Positions 40,817 through 53,356 of a stretch of 64,000 bases of DNA are shown piece by piece. A program made the translations under genes and the position numbers. The DNA is from Lingula anatina (taxonomy: Eukaryota; Animalia; Brachiopoda), in the NCBI GenBank assembly GCA_051362555.1, contig CM120648.1, positions 5,948,587-6,012,586 on the forward strand. Direction: 5' to 3'. Under the pieces are notes generated by a model. That model made no database searches, was not told the origin of the DNA, and saw only the letters and a list, made by a program, of their open reading frames with translations. How positions within the stretch are numbered: the stretch's first letter is position 1; every line of letters begins with the position of its first letter.

Positions 40817-41422
40817 GACTCGCCCTTCAAGAAATCGACGCCTTCAAGAAATCGACGAAAACCGGAAGTGCGTGTTTTTTGCACTTTTTTTCCTGTCATG
40901 CCCATCGTAAACACTGTGTTGTCAAGTAAAACGAAGTGTCTGATACAAAGTATCAAACGCGGCATTCACGTGCTTGCTTGCGATGCGTTCAGTACACTTT
41001 GTTTACACTGACAAGTCGAGGTCAGGAATGCACAATGTTTTTCTATGTAATTACGCAGTTTCAATTTTGATTAGTGAATTTTCTTTTATCTGCATGGTCA
41101 TTTTGCGAACATTGGTATGAGCCACGAAATATTTCTCATCGGAAAATCACCCAGCAGCTTTCCAAGTAGAAGTGAGTGACGTCATGACGCACTTTCGGTT
41201 TTCGTCGAGATCTTGAAGGGATTAGCGTTACGGTTTGCTGCACATTTAAAGCGTTCTGTCTCATGTACTCAACTGCTTGGATTGAAATTTACAGAACTTA
41301 TTCTTCACATGATATCACACATATGTGCTTAATTTGAGAGCTTTAGCTGTTATATGTTTTCTACAGTGCCCATTCAAAATTGAAAAAGAGCTATTTTCCG
41401 TCGATTTCTTGAAGGGCAAGAC
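40817..41422. mobile_element. TA-flanked inverted-repeat element; inverted partial copy at ~41856-42351
   Basis: TA-GACTCGCCCTTCAAGAAATCGACG...CGTCGATTTCTTGAAGGGCAAGAC-TA; empty site CAACCGTATATTG at ~59128. Confidence 0.75.
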
Positions 41423-42634
41423 TATATTGTGTAATAAGTAAAAAGGCAAACAAAGGAAATGGAGTGTAGCGTTTTTACCGATATAAGAGGTGGCCTTGCG
41501 GAGACTATTTGGGATGCATTTCCAAGCTGTGAGAATGAGTTGTTCTCTGAATTACTCTGAATGTGACAAATAAGTAACGAATTTTTTTAGTTTATAAAGC
41601 CGTCGACCACGCAGGCTATTTATTGCGTTATTTAAGGTAGATCGGTCGTTACGTAATTTGACGATTTGCGCAATTTCAGCGCACCGTCAATCGTCTCTAA
41701 CGACACTTCAGTCTGGTTTATCAATTTGAGGAAATAAAACAACTATCTATAAGATAAACACCCATTATCAACTTGTCTGTAACTCTGTATGATCGATACA
41801 GATTTTCGACAACATTTGTCGACTATGATTCCATGCGACAACTGTAGCACGTTCATAGACTTGCCCTTCAAGAAATCGTCGGAATAGCAAATTGGCACTA
41901 GAAAAGGTATGACAGCTAAAGCTCACAAATTATGCACATAGGTGCTATATCATGTAAAGAATAAGTGTTGTAAATTCCAGTCAAAGCGGCTGCGTACATT
42001 TTGAGGTAGAACGCCCTGAATGTGCTGCAAACCGTAGCTTAGATTTCGACGAAAACCGGAAGTGCGCCGTAACGCCACTCATTTGGACTTAGAGAAATTT
42101 GGACTGAGCAATATTTCGTAACTTAGACTATACAAATGTTCAGAAAATGGCCATACAGCTTGAAGAAAATTCACCAATCAAAATTGAAACTGCGTTATAA
42201 TATACAGAAAAAATTGTGCACTTCTGACCTCGACTTGTCAGTGTCAGTGTAAACAAAGTGTACTGAACGCACCGCAAGGAAGCACGTGAATGCCGCATTT
42301 GATACTTTGTATCAGACGCTTCATTTTACTTGACAACACAGTGTTTACGATGTCACGTTCGTGTTATATTCATAAATAAATAACAACGGCAATAAACTAT
42401 TTTCATATGCATGAGTATTTCCCTTATTACTCTCTTCAATAATTTTGTTGTGAAGTTAATGGCTTACACTTTCGCATCAGTATGACAAATCTGAAAATAG
42501 CTGAGTATACTCACTTCAACTGTTAAACGTAATGAAAGTTTTTAATGTACTTAGATGTCTCTTCACACACACACACACACACACACAAAAGGAAAAAGAA
42601 AAAAAGAAAAAAAAAGAAAAAAAAACGATTTAGT

Positions 42635-43075
42635 GCAAAAACACCCATTTCCCCATTGATTTGAATGGGACTTCCGACTAGTGCGTCACACAGGGTGTTA
42701 CGCACTTCAACTTTGCGTAGTTCTCTTATTTGGTCGGTGACCCCCAATTTTTTTGGCAAAATTTAAATCTACTTGGATGCCTCTTTACACAAAAAGTTTT
42801 TTTTTTTTAAATTCAAACGTTAGAAAAATCATTAAAAATAACGTTTTGGTGAAAAGCACCCATTTTCCCATTGGTTTGAATGGGGACTAGTGCGTCACGC
42901 AGGGTGTAATGCACTTCAAGTTGGCGTAGTTCTCTTATTTGGTCGGTGACCCCCAATTTTTTTGGCAAAATTTAAATCTACTTGGATGCCTCTTTACACA
43001 AAAAGTTTTTTTTTTTTAATTCAAACGTTAGAAAAATCATAAAAAATAATGTTTTAGTGAAAAAACACCCATTTT
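42635..43075 (+). repeat. Tandem duplication of a ~220-bp unit
   Basis: CACCCATTT.CCCATTG...GGTGACCCCCAATTTT...AGAAAAATCAT occurs twice, nearly identically. Confidence 0.85.
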
Positions 43076-43189
43076 TAGTCCGGTGGCTTACGGAAAAAAT
43101 CGTGACACGGCGGATAAAAGCACCAAATTTGGCATATAGTTACCTTTTGACATTCTAAATCAAATTAGAGCCGTAGCCCTCTCAAACAA

Positions 43190-44998
43190 TTTACCGTTTG
43201 GTCAAAAAATCCAAAATGGCCGCCAATTTATGGAATTCTATAGAAATATGTACATACCCATGTTGATTTTTATCAAATAAATTATTTTCTCAGAGTTTTC
43301 CACACCCTAATTACCCATTTTATTCATATATGTCAGATAGCAAACAAGTTCCCTTGAACTGTTTGAAAAAATCCAAGATGGCTGTCATATGCCATAGAAA
43401 CAGCCATAGGAATACTAGTGCACAACTAATACCAGCTAGAAAGACACGTTGTCCACTATTAAATTAAGTCTGTTACTCAGATTTTTGTTACCCACATAAT
43501 ATGTTTGTGGTGAGTAACTACGAAGTGTTCTTGGGCATTTTGGAAAATCCAAGATGGCTGCCATGTGCCACAGGAATTCTAGTATACGGGGGATTCAACT
43601 AATGGCAACTGGAAAGATTAATTTTCCACTATCAAATTAATTTCGTTTCTGAGTGTTTTCCACATCCTTTCCACCCACACAATATGTATGTGGTGAGTAA
43701 CTAACATGTATTCTTGGGAATTTTGATAAAATCCAAGATGGCCGCCAAATGCCATAGGAATTCACCTAGTATTATAAAGGATTAGAACTAATGCCAGCTA
43801 GGAAAAACATAATTCACTATCAAATTCAATTAATTTTTTAGTGTTTTACACATTATTATAGCACTGTGATACATATCTTGCAGGTAATAAGTGTGCATAT
43901 TGGATTATTTTGAGAAAATCCAAGATGGCCGTCAATGGCCATGGGAATACTACTGGAATTACAACTGCACATCCATGGCTTTTCATCTACTACCAGGGTG
44001 AAATTGTGTTTGCTTATCTAGTTTTGCCCATCCTTATTAGTCCTATGATATATAACTGTTGGATAAATAGTGTGCATCCTTGAATATTCTGAGAAAATCC
44101 AACATAGCGACAATTTGACTTAGGAATACTAATGGCTGGGTTTCAATCGCTGCTAGAGAGGCCTTTGGTTCATTATACAATTACATTACCATGGGTTTGT
44201 TTTAAAAATAATCTACGTTTTTCATTCCATTTATTATTACCCCTATGATGTATACCTCGTCTGTAGCATGTGTGTATCTTTGGGTATTCTGAAAAAATTC
44301 AAGATGTCTGCCTTTTGTCATTAGAATATTCGTACACATAATCAAATAATGCCAGAGATACACTGAGTACAATTTAAATGTAGTTAACTTTAGATCGTTT
44401 TTAAATGTTTTTCCTTACATATCCTATTTATCCTTATGAAAGACTCTCTGTGTGTAGAAAGTGTACGTATCCTTGAGTACTATTTGGAGAAAACCCAAGA
44501 TTGCTGCCAGTTGTCATAGGAAAATATCATTCAAATGCACATATGTGTCAATTAATGAACAGTTCAGACATTGATTCTAACATGAAATAAAGCCGTTTGA
44601 TGTTCAAACATGTTGACATCCTTTTTAACCTTACTCTATATAAATCTGGTGTGTAGCAAGTGTGCATCTTGCGTATTTGAGAAAATTCAAGATTGCTGCA
44701 ATTCACAATAGGAATAGTACAGTCAACTAGTGCCAGACAGACATTGGGTTCAATATAAAATGAATTTTGTTACTCGGAATTTCCCACATTCTTTTTGGAC
44801 TTTGAGATATCTATCAGGTGGGTAACAAGTGTGTACCCTTAAGTATTTTAACAAAATATCATGATTACCCTGATTTGCCTTAGAAGTGCCTATAAAATCC
44901 AATGCACCAGTTTTCCTATGGGGAAAAGAAGGTCATCTTGGATTTCCCCAAAATGATCAAATATGGACATTAATTACCTAACAGATATGTATCATGGG

Positions 44999-45034
<36 letters not shown>

Positions 45035-45430
45035 GAAAAACAACTGAATTTAGCTTAATTTTATATGGAAGCCTGTCTCTCGCAGGTATTAACTGAACCC
45101 CACCTTCTATGGCTAATGGCAGCCATTTTGTTTTGTTTTGTTTCAAAAAGGATACACATAACATTCTCATCACATATATATTGTGTGGATTAAAAAGATG
45201 TGGTAAAAAATAGTCAGAAACAAATCTAATTTATCAATTAATATTATATCTCCATGGCAGAAGAAGCCCTATGTGTATACTATAGTGTTCCTTTGATATG
45301 ACGGCCATCTTATTTTTCTCGAAATGCCTGAGATTAAAGGTTAGTTACTCACCAGAAATATATTATTTCTGTAATAAGGCACTCAGAAACAAAATTAATT
45401 AGATAGTGGGCAATGCATCTTCCTAGTTGG
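43190..45430. repeat. Degenerate ~160-200-bp repeat array (AAAATCCAAGATGGC core), ~10 direct units followed by ~3 inverted units
   Basis: Core at ~43208, 43368, 43544, 43727, 43915, 44094, 44293, 44490, 44680, 44855; reverse-complement cores at ~44935, 45122, 45303. Confidence 0.75.
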
Positions 45431-45536
45431 TATTAGTTGAAAACCCTTGTACATGCCAGGGGGGGTTCGGGGGGTTCGAAAGAACCGCCCTTTTTGCTGG
45501 GAAAAGGTCCGCTTTGGGTAAAATTTGATCTAGGTA

Positions 45537-47693
45537 GGGGAGAGCGGGGTGGGTTGGAACGCGGGTAAGTTGGAACATTGGCTTTATTTCTTAAATCACA
45601 AGACCGATCATGTGCTCCTTCAGCATAAAAATGTCACGTGGCATGGTCATTCATCTGGTAAACTTGTGGAAGTTTCGAAAATGCATTAAAAGTTTTATGC
45701 GAAAAAAACTTATTTTCGCTACTCGAAGTAAGTTTTCATATTTTTGACATTCATCGTGCTGTAAACTAAAGTATAAGGATTATATCACTGAAATTGTGCA
45801 AAGCGTTTAGGACCACCTTGATGTTCAAAAAGCTGTTGTTTTTTTTAATCACTTCCCACGTGTTAAAGAAATACAGTGTCATAAGTAGGCCATGACGTCA
45901 TGGGGGCTGGTCGGAACATTTGACATGGGGCCAGTTGGAACACTGTCAGGGGTGTTCCAACCCACCCCGCACGGTGTTTTTCATTTTTTAAACCTCTCCA
46001 AATGTTTTAATTTCAACTTTGAAGAGAGTAGTAACGTAGTAACCCAGTACAACTCCAACTGGAGACGAAATCTAGCTGATAGAACATCTCCAAGATGCCG
46101 GAATGTACATGCGTGTAGAAGATACAAGGGGGGATGGTCACTGCTTGTTAAATGCAGTTGCTAGCTGTTTGGTCGAAAATTGTCTGCATGCCCACTGTTG
46201 CTTTTTGCGATAAATTGCTTTTATATGTGGAAGGAAATGTCGATTATTACTCTGCTTTTCGCGGCAAAATGAAAATATTCTAGCTGAGAGCCTATGTTAT
46301 GGATAAACTATACAACACCAATTCTGCCGATATTGTTTTAGATGCTTTGTGTAATGGGTTGGGGGTTGCTGTTAATGTCTAGTGAACGAGGGCACAAAAT
46401 CCGCCAGAAAAGACAAACATTCACCTCGTAACTTAGGCATAGATTCAGTTGAAATCTCAGTTGCCCTCACCGGAAGAGGTGCTACAGCACACTAAGGCTT
46501 TTAGATCGATCTAGATTACTGTCACTAGATTACTGTCAGATAATCCGGCTTAAATGTCCGTCCCGCCTACTACAAGCTGTAAGGGGGTAATTAACTTTGG
46601 TGTCCGCTCGGCTGACAGCTATTTAGCGTGAACCCCCAGGGAGTTAGGTCGATCTAAAGTAGATCGATCTAATCTCTGGAAATGGGGTCTAAAGCGCACT
46701 TAAGAAAAGCCCAAAACAGCTCAAGTCCAGCAATAATTAGACCGGTTCCAAAGGCTCACCGTCGCAGTCCAAATGTTAAAAGAAGAAAACGATGCAGTGC
46801 AGTACTAACTGACACACCTGAAAATGAGCTGCTCGAAAAAGAAAAGGCCAAGCCCAACAAAATTAAAAAGGACAAGCGCAACAAAAATAAAAAACAGTTA
46901 AAGATTTCTAGTCGATAGAGAAAATCAAGAAAAAGGAAATTAAAGATGACCAACGATTCTGAGTCAGAAGAAGAGTGGCCATCTCTGGTTTGTGGGGAGC
47001 CGTTCATTAACAGCCGACCAAAAGAGAAATGGGTTAAATGCATTGTTTGTCTAAAGTGGTCACATGAAGACTGTACTAAGGTTGACCAAGTGTACATACT
47101 GAGTATGTCAGAACTGCGATTTTGATTCTGAGTTGTTGAGTTGAAAGAGATACAGTTTTCATTTGTAGGTCTAACATACTGTTGTTGATAGGTTGAGTTA
47201 TGTGAGTTCAATTTCTTTTCTCTTAAACTACACCACTTTTGTTATCATTATGAAATGACGTGTACCTGGATATGGTTTATACATCGAAAAGACTATTTGA
47301 AAGCGAATTGTAAACGTAAAAAATGCTTACAAACTATGGAGATACGAATACAAAGTAACACGCACTTGTTGGGAAATTAATATAGATAAACCTACTCTTA
47401 AAATGAATTATACTTTGAATTTATATGCAAGCGTTCCAACTCGCCCTCTTGTTCCAACTCACCCCACTGCCTGTTCCATCTTACCCCGCGGGTGGGGTGA
47501 GATGGAACGTTTTAGGAGGCAACTTTGAGCAGTTATTACTCTAAAATAAAAAGACCTACTTGATGTTTTATTTCATAGATGAGTGCGGCATATAATTTTC
47601 CCCTATCAGATTTTTTATTTTTGTCCCCAAAGCTTTGACTGCTGAGATATCGCAAAAAAGGTGAAAACTGTTCCAACCAACCCCGCTCTCCCC
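45537..47693 (+). mobile_element. Internally deleted pogo/Tigger-like DNA transposon retaining a C-terminal PHD-finger remnant
   Basis: 24-bp TIR GGGGAGAGCGGGGT(G/T)GGTTGGAAC with TA TSD; subterminal GTTGGAAC repeats; remnant KRRKRCSAVLTDTPE...DSESEEEW..LVCGEPF..SRPKEKWVKCIVCLKWSHEDC at ~46700-47120. Confidence 0.8.
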
Positions 47694-48305
47694 TACATGA
47701 AGTTTTTATAGAAAAAGGTCCACTTCTCCAGAAAAAGAACCCCCCTTTTGAAATTGCTGGCTACGGGCCTGTAAGCTATCAAGAAAAGCCTTTTGTTTGG
47801 TCTATTTTTCACCACAAAGTGATATTTTGTTGGAATATAAAGTCTCCTTCACGCCCAAGTCACCTGCGTGACCTATTTTTGTAACGAGGCGCAGACATCT
47901 GCAGTCTGTGATGTTAGAAGATATGTAATGACTCAGGTGTCCCCTAGGTGGCAGTTCTCGCTGGAATCATGATAACCCTGCACGTGAAGTCCAGACAACC
48001 GTATTGATCTTTAAAAAAAAAAAAAAGCAGTGAACCGGTAACAAAATTTGTTTTTGCTCTATTGTGCGTTTGAAACCGTTCTTTTGTAGCACTGTTTTTC
48101 TAACCCCGATATGAAAATGGCTCACCTTTTCTTGTAGCCATAGTAACCGGATATTGTTTATGTTATGAAGGCTGCTGGGTACTTTCATAGGAGGCGAAAA
48201 AAACTGCACAAGCCGACTGACAAACAAAACGGTGGGATTTACCTGCTCTCTGGCGTTATTTACAGTGCAACGTTGTAGTAAAGTTGACTTTCGAGAAGAA
48301 ACAAG

Positions 48306-51002
48306 ATGAAGACCCTGGCAGTTTTGATCGTACTGGCTGCGACACTGGCAACTTGTAAGTACACGGTATATTGTGATGATCGTGTTACATCAAATTGTCT
48401 ACAAGAAAAGGTGTGCTTGAATTGCTCTACTTTTTATTACACAAATTACTTTTTATTAATTAAATTTCGCTTTAAATTCTTTCTACATATGTGCACGCGC
48501 GCGCTCGCATGTGTGTGCACTTGTGAGTGGGGAAAGATGATTCTAAAACAAAAGTGCAACATTTCCAAACCAGTTTTTACAAACCAGCTTTTTACAGGTT
48601 ATAATTTTCATTTTAAGGGCATTTTCTCTTCAGTACACTGAATGGGAGGGACTTCTAGAAGAGACAAAATAGTGGTTTTAATAAGTTTAAGGTCAAGCCA
48701 CTTTCGCTTTGCAGAATTGCGCAGTAACGATCGATTCGCTTCCACGTAAATAACATCAAGGTGAGAACGCCATGCTTCATTATGTGAGGTCCCGCCTGGC
48801 ACCGTTTTAACAAAACTCGTTTATACACTAGCCCCAGGAAGAAGTTGATTTCGTTGCCATACAACGCTTTGTTGCCCAGGGAACACGGTATTAACCCTCA
48901 CTTTGCCTCACCTCCTGTTAGCACCTTAGCTCAGAGGTTGCTAAAAAGACCGGTGCAACAAACCGTCCGCTTCCGGAAAAAATGATTTATCTGAGACGGA
49001 GCTGAATTCGGCAAATGGCGCGTTCAAGTGGTAATCCGAGCCCCATGTATTAAGTCTTATGTGACGTGTTAAGTTTGACCTGCCTCCTTCCACTGCATGA
49101 CATCCTCATTGTCCTCGCGCGGGCGCACCTCTCTGTGATATCGGCTGTATATACAATACCTGTGTATGGTTAACGCACTGTTGCACAAATCGGAATAATA
49201 GTGCAGAGCCGGTGAAGAGGTATTAGGAAGGTTACTGCCAATATTACGTATCACAAGCTTGAGGTTACAGGCTAAAGGGACTGATTTGTATTTGAAATTT
49301 TCAGTTTTAATCTTTTAAAAAATAAACTACTACTCACATCATTACCTGAGTTGAATATTGGCAAAAACAAGCTGAGCTGAAATCATTTAGTTTTATCGAA
49401 TAATCGATGATAATCGGTGAGTTTGCATTATACAATGTTGCGGTTTAAGTGGAACCCATTGTGGACTGAAGTGTTTATTTTTCATAATTGGTTACACTGA
49501 GGTGAAATTAAAGGTTTTATCGGGCTTTTTTCGCCTCAATTCGATTTTTTTTTTTTTTTTGAGAAAAAAGCAATTATTCCTACTCATGCATCATCGTGCG
49601 AACATGACCTACACTTGGATTCAATGTTTTATACCATTTCTAAATAAATTATTTAGTTCTAAATGTCTGAAGGCCATATGTCTTTCTGTACATATTAAAA
49701 TGTTTAGTAGACGTCAAATACTTTAATTTGTTTTTAATTCCTGAATTGGGAAGATAAGTAGCCTAACTTTGCTGGATATTTGGACAAGACCAAAATGGCA
49801 TTGGGACATTTTTATACACGCATAGTATACCTGTGCAAATATATAAGATATAAATTTGTATCATTTAGATATCCGGAATACTGATTGCATCTGGTTTTAG
49901 GAGAGTTCGATTTATATACATATTCTCTTTGTACGGAATTATACATTGAACGTAAGAGCTTTAACCTACCGTTTTTATTAAATTGAAATACTATCCAGGT
50001 AGAGTTGAAATTCAACCGTGTCTAACTACCATGCAAAAATTTAATACAGACGAGAGAGATTGAGAAAGTTTCATATATACAGTAATATTACTTTCTGTGT
50101 GTTTAAATGATCAGTTATTTACTCTTACGAGCTTTTATTAATTTTAGTTGTACATTCACAGGTTTTAGTCTCTCATAACCTTTAGTAGGGTGGATTTAAT
50201 TTTTAAACGTGAGACGTTAATAAAATCGTCATTATTATTACTATACAGACACCTGGGATAAGCAAGTGCAGTGTTTATAACCCTCCGTGGGTTACGGTTA
50301 CCTCACTATACGTAGCTGTTTTTACTTTTAGAAACGACACCGCAGAAAGATACCATAAAAATCCGCTGTAATAATGCAATGTTCTGTTTATTTTAATTGC
50401 TATTTTTTACATTAATCCTTCAGGTGACGCCTTTTCCTGCTACAGCTGTAGCGGTTCCAAGAGCTCCTCGTGCGGAGAGATCTTCAGGGAAAGTAGCTCC
50501 TATACAGTGTACTGTTACACCGCATGCTACAAGACCGTTACTACAGTGGACTCTATTCTAGGTAGAGCACAAAAATGAACCACAGTATCATCGAGAACCG
50601 TACTTTTTTGTATGAGAGAGTTCGACGAAAATTTAAGGCTAAATAATTGATTAATACAATTTTTGTCTGGCTATTTCGTTATTTTGTTAGGTGGGTTACT
50701 TATTTGTTATTTCCTATCTCGTTTACTTTTTTACCTTTTTCTATTCTATTTGTTTGTTTGGTTTTCATCAATTTATGCCATTTTATCCAGGGTCTAGCAC
50801 CACGTACTCCAGGGGATGCACCTCACGTTCTTCGTATTCTCTGACCTGCTCCTCGGGCAGTGCTGGATACTTTATTGCCAGCGGTTCCACGGAGACTTGC
50901 TACTGCGGCAGCAGTTTGTGCAACTCCGCCTCAAACCTGCTGCCCTCTATCGTCCAGATCGTCGTGTTTGTCTCTGCAGTTTTTTTCTTTCAGAAGTTTT
51001 AA
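48306..51002 (+). CDS. Ly6/uPAR three-finger protein F; exons 48306-48354, 50424-50561, 50791-51002
   Basis: ...CDAFSCYSCSGSKSSSCGEIFRESSSYTVYCYTACYKTVTTVDSILGSSTTYSRGCTSRSSYSLTCSSGSAGYFIASGSTETCYCGSSLCNSASNLLPSIVQIVVFVSAVFFFQKF; splice sites intact. Confidence 0.92.
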
Positions 51003-52764
51003 ATATACATTGCACGATATGTAATGTTTGGGACCGTGAGCTGAAATAACAAGAAGTGGAACAGAGAACTTTGAGAAAAGATTTGAATGGTTCACATGAG
51101 TTATTTTAGTCAGTATCAACAAGTATCAACTGTAAAGGTAGACGCATTAATTTTAAGATATTAATTATTTTATTCTGTCTCAGCTATTATCAACTGTAAA
51201 TGAGCTTTTCAAATTGTAAAATCCCAGACGATGAATGGACTGGTGCAATCTGTCGTCATCTCATAATTATCAGGCCCGTAGCCAGCAATGTCAAAAGTAG
51301 TTTTTTTCAGAAATAGTGTACCTATTATAATGAAACCTTCGTGGGCCTAGACAAAATTTTACCCAAAAAAGGAACTTTCTCGGCAAAAAGAACGGTTCTT
51401 TCGAAACCCCACCCCCCCACCCCCCCACCCCCAGCTACGGACCTGCTACGCACTGTATTTATAAAAACTGGAGCACAGCACTTAGACAAGCTGTTTTTTA
51501 TATAGTTATCAATCATTAAATAATTTAACGTAATGATTTTATATCATTTCTTAAATTTTGAAAAGCTTTGTGTAACATCACATGTATGTACACTGCACTT
51601 TCAATGTTTTTCAACGGTAGCCTAATGTTTTCATGGATATTTTATGTGATATTCAGTGTCTCATAGCTCTGTATGGAACTGCCACGTTTTATTGTTCTTT
51701 GTTTGTATTCCCTTTTTATAGGTGAGACTTAAATAAAATATCTTGATCTTGGTATTATATTCTTCTTACCATATGTAATTCCGTTAACACAGTCAAGCTG
51801 CATCAGCATGCGCATGAATAATAAAGAAGTGCTTATGCAACTTGTCTATTGAAAAATATACGTTGCCGCGTTAAAGGTTACACAAATTATGCAAGATTTG
51901 ATGTATGATTACATAAGATCATTAAAAATGCGTAATTCTATACGCTTTCTGTGATAGGTCATATCACACAAAAAGCGAACATTGAGCCATGTCAGTTACG
52001 TATACATTTCTCCATTATTATCACGGTTTTATACTAAAGTACCTTGCAGTATGAAAATAAATAGCCATAATTGAAAAGTGATGTGAAAATACTTATATAT
52101 GTACTGCCATAGTATGTTCATTGTTTTTTGGAATTACGTTGGTACGTATGTCAAAGAGACCGTGTTCGTACAGTACAGTACGTAATTACTCTGAATTACA
52201 TATTTTTTGACAACTAAAAAATAATGACCTGTGACAAATAAGTAACGATTTCTTTAGTTTATAAAGCCGTCGACCACGCAGGCTATTTATTGCGTTATCT
52301 AAAATAAACACTGTAGACATTTTCTGAGACGTTAGACATCATACCCGCTTCCTGTCAAGCTGAAAATGTTCTACTTTAGTAAAAAATAAACTAGTTAGTG
52401 CTGTAAGCGACATCAACGAAAGTGTAAATTTTAGTCTTTTTTTTTTTTTTTTTTTTTTTTAAGCAGATCTAGTAATTTGTTTTTTGGTGTTTTAATTTGC
52501 TAGACTGATGTAAGTGAAGTTCCACTGGACCCACATGTATATGTTGAGAACCAGTGATATACATGTATATGCATTAAAATATACACACATATACATGTAA
52601 ATATTTAGTAATTTATCAGTTTATATCTAATTTCACTCCCGCGCTGCACTAAGGTGGTATCCTGGGCCTCTCGAAAGATAAATTTACAACGCTGCATCCA
52701 AGGGACAGAACGTAGAATATAAACTCCCCGCCAGTTTTCATTTTCAGACAGTACATCTTTAAAG

Positions 52765-53356
52765 GTGATGCGCTAAAATGCTATTACTGTAACAGTCTTT
52801 TCAACGAAGGGTAAGGAGAGGCCTTCAGTGCTACTATCACCACCACAGTGGCCTGTGACATCGCGTGCGTGAAGATAGTTACTACAGGGAAGGACCCTGT
52901 TCGAGGTACAACAGAAAAAGATTCTTTTTATTAACGATAATAAATAACGGTGTTCTTTTGGATAAAAGAGTTCCGACTAAATTATAAGGAAAATTAATTG
53001 ATTAGTTAATATTTTTTTTATCTGTCTGTCTATTCATTTATCCATTTCGTAAATATAATTGCTATTTTTTATCTGCCATCTCTTTAATAATGATTAGCAT
53101 AATTCATTAACTTTTTTTTTTCGTCAATTTGTACCATCCAGGGTCAACTGTAACGGCCTACTCACGGAGCTGCGAAGCTCCACCTCCAGGTACTATGTCT
53201 TGCACCGAGAAGACCGATGGAGAAGGGGTCTACAGCGTCTCCACTAAAATTTGCTTTTGCAACAGCGACTTGTGCAACTTGGCCTCAAACCTGCTGCCCT
53301 CTATTGTCCAGATTGCCATAATTGCTGTTGCAGGTCTTTTCTTCCAGATGATTTAG
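52765..53356 (+). pseudogene. Ly6/uPAR pseudogene G (D-like); exon 2 at 52765-52905 with in-frame stop, intact exon 3 at 53142-53356, no exon 1
   Basis: Exon 2 reads DALKCYYCNSLFNEG*GEAF..., with TAA (52812-52814) in place of the third Cys codon. No MKT exon lies between 51002 and 52765. The upstream sequence matches the distal part of D intron 1. Confidence 0.85.

Noticed and set aside
43190-45430. Regularly spaced motif resembling a CRISPR array
   Set aside because: The context is eukaryotic, the spacers are ~170 bp and related to each other, the repeats are degenerate, and there are no cas genes.
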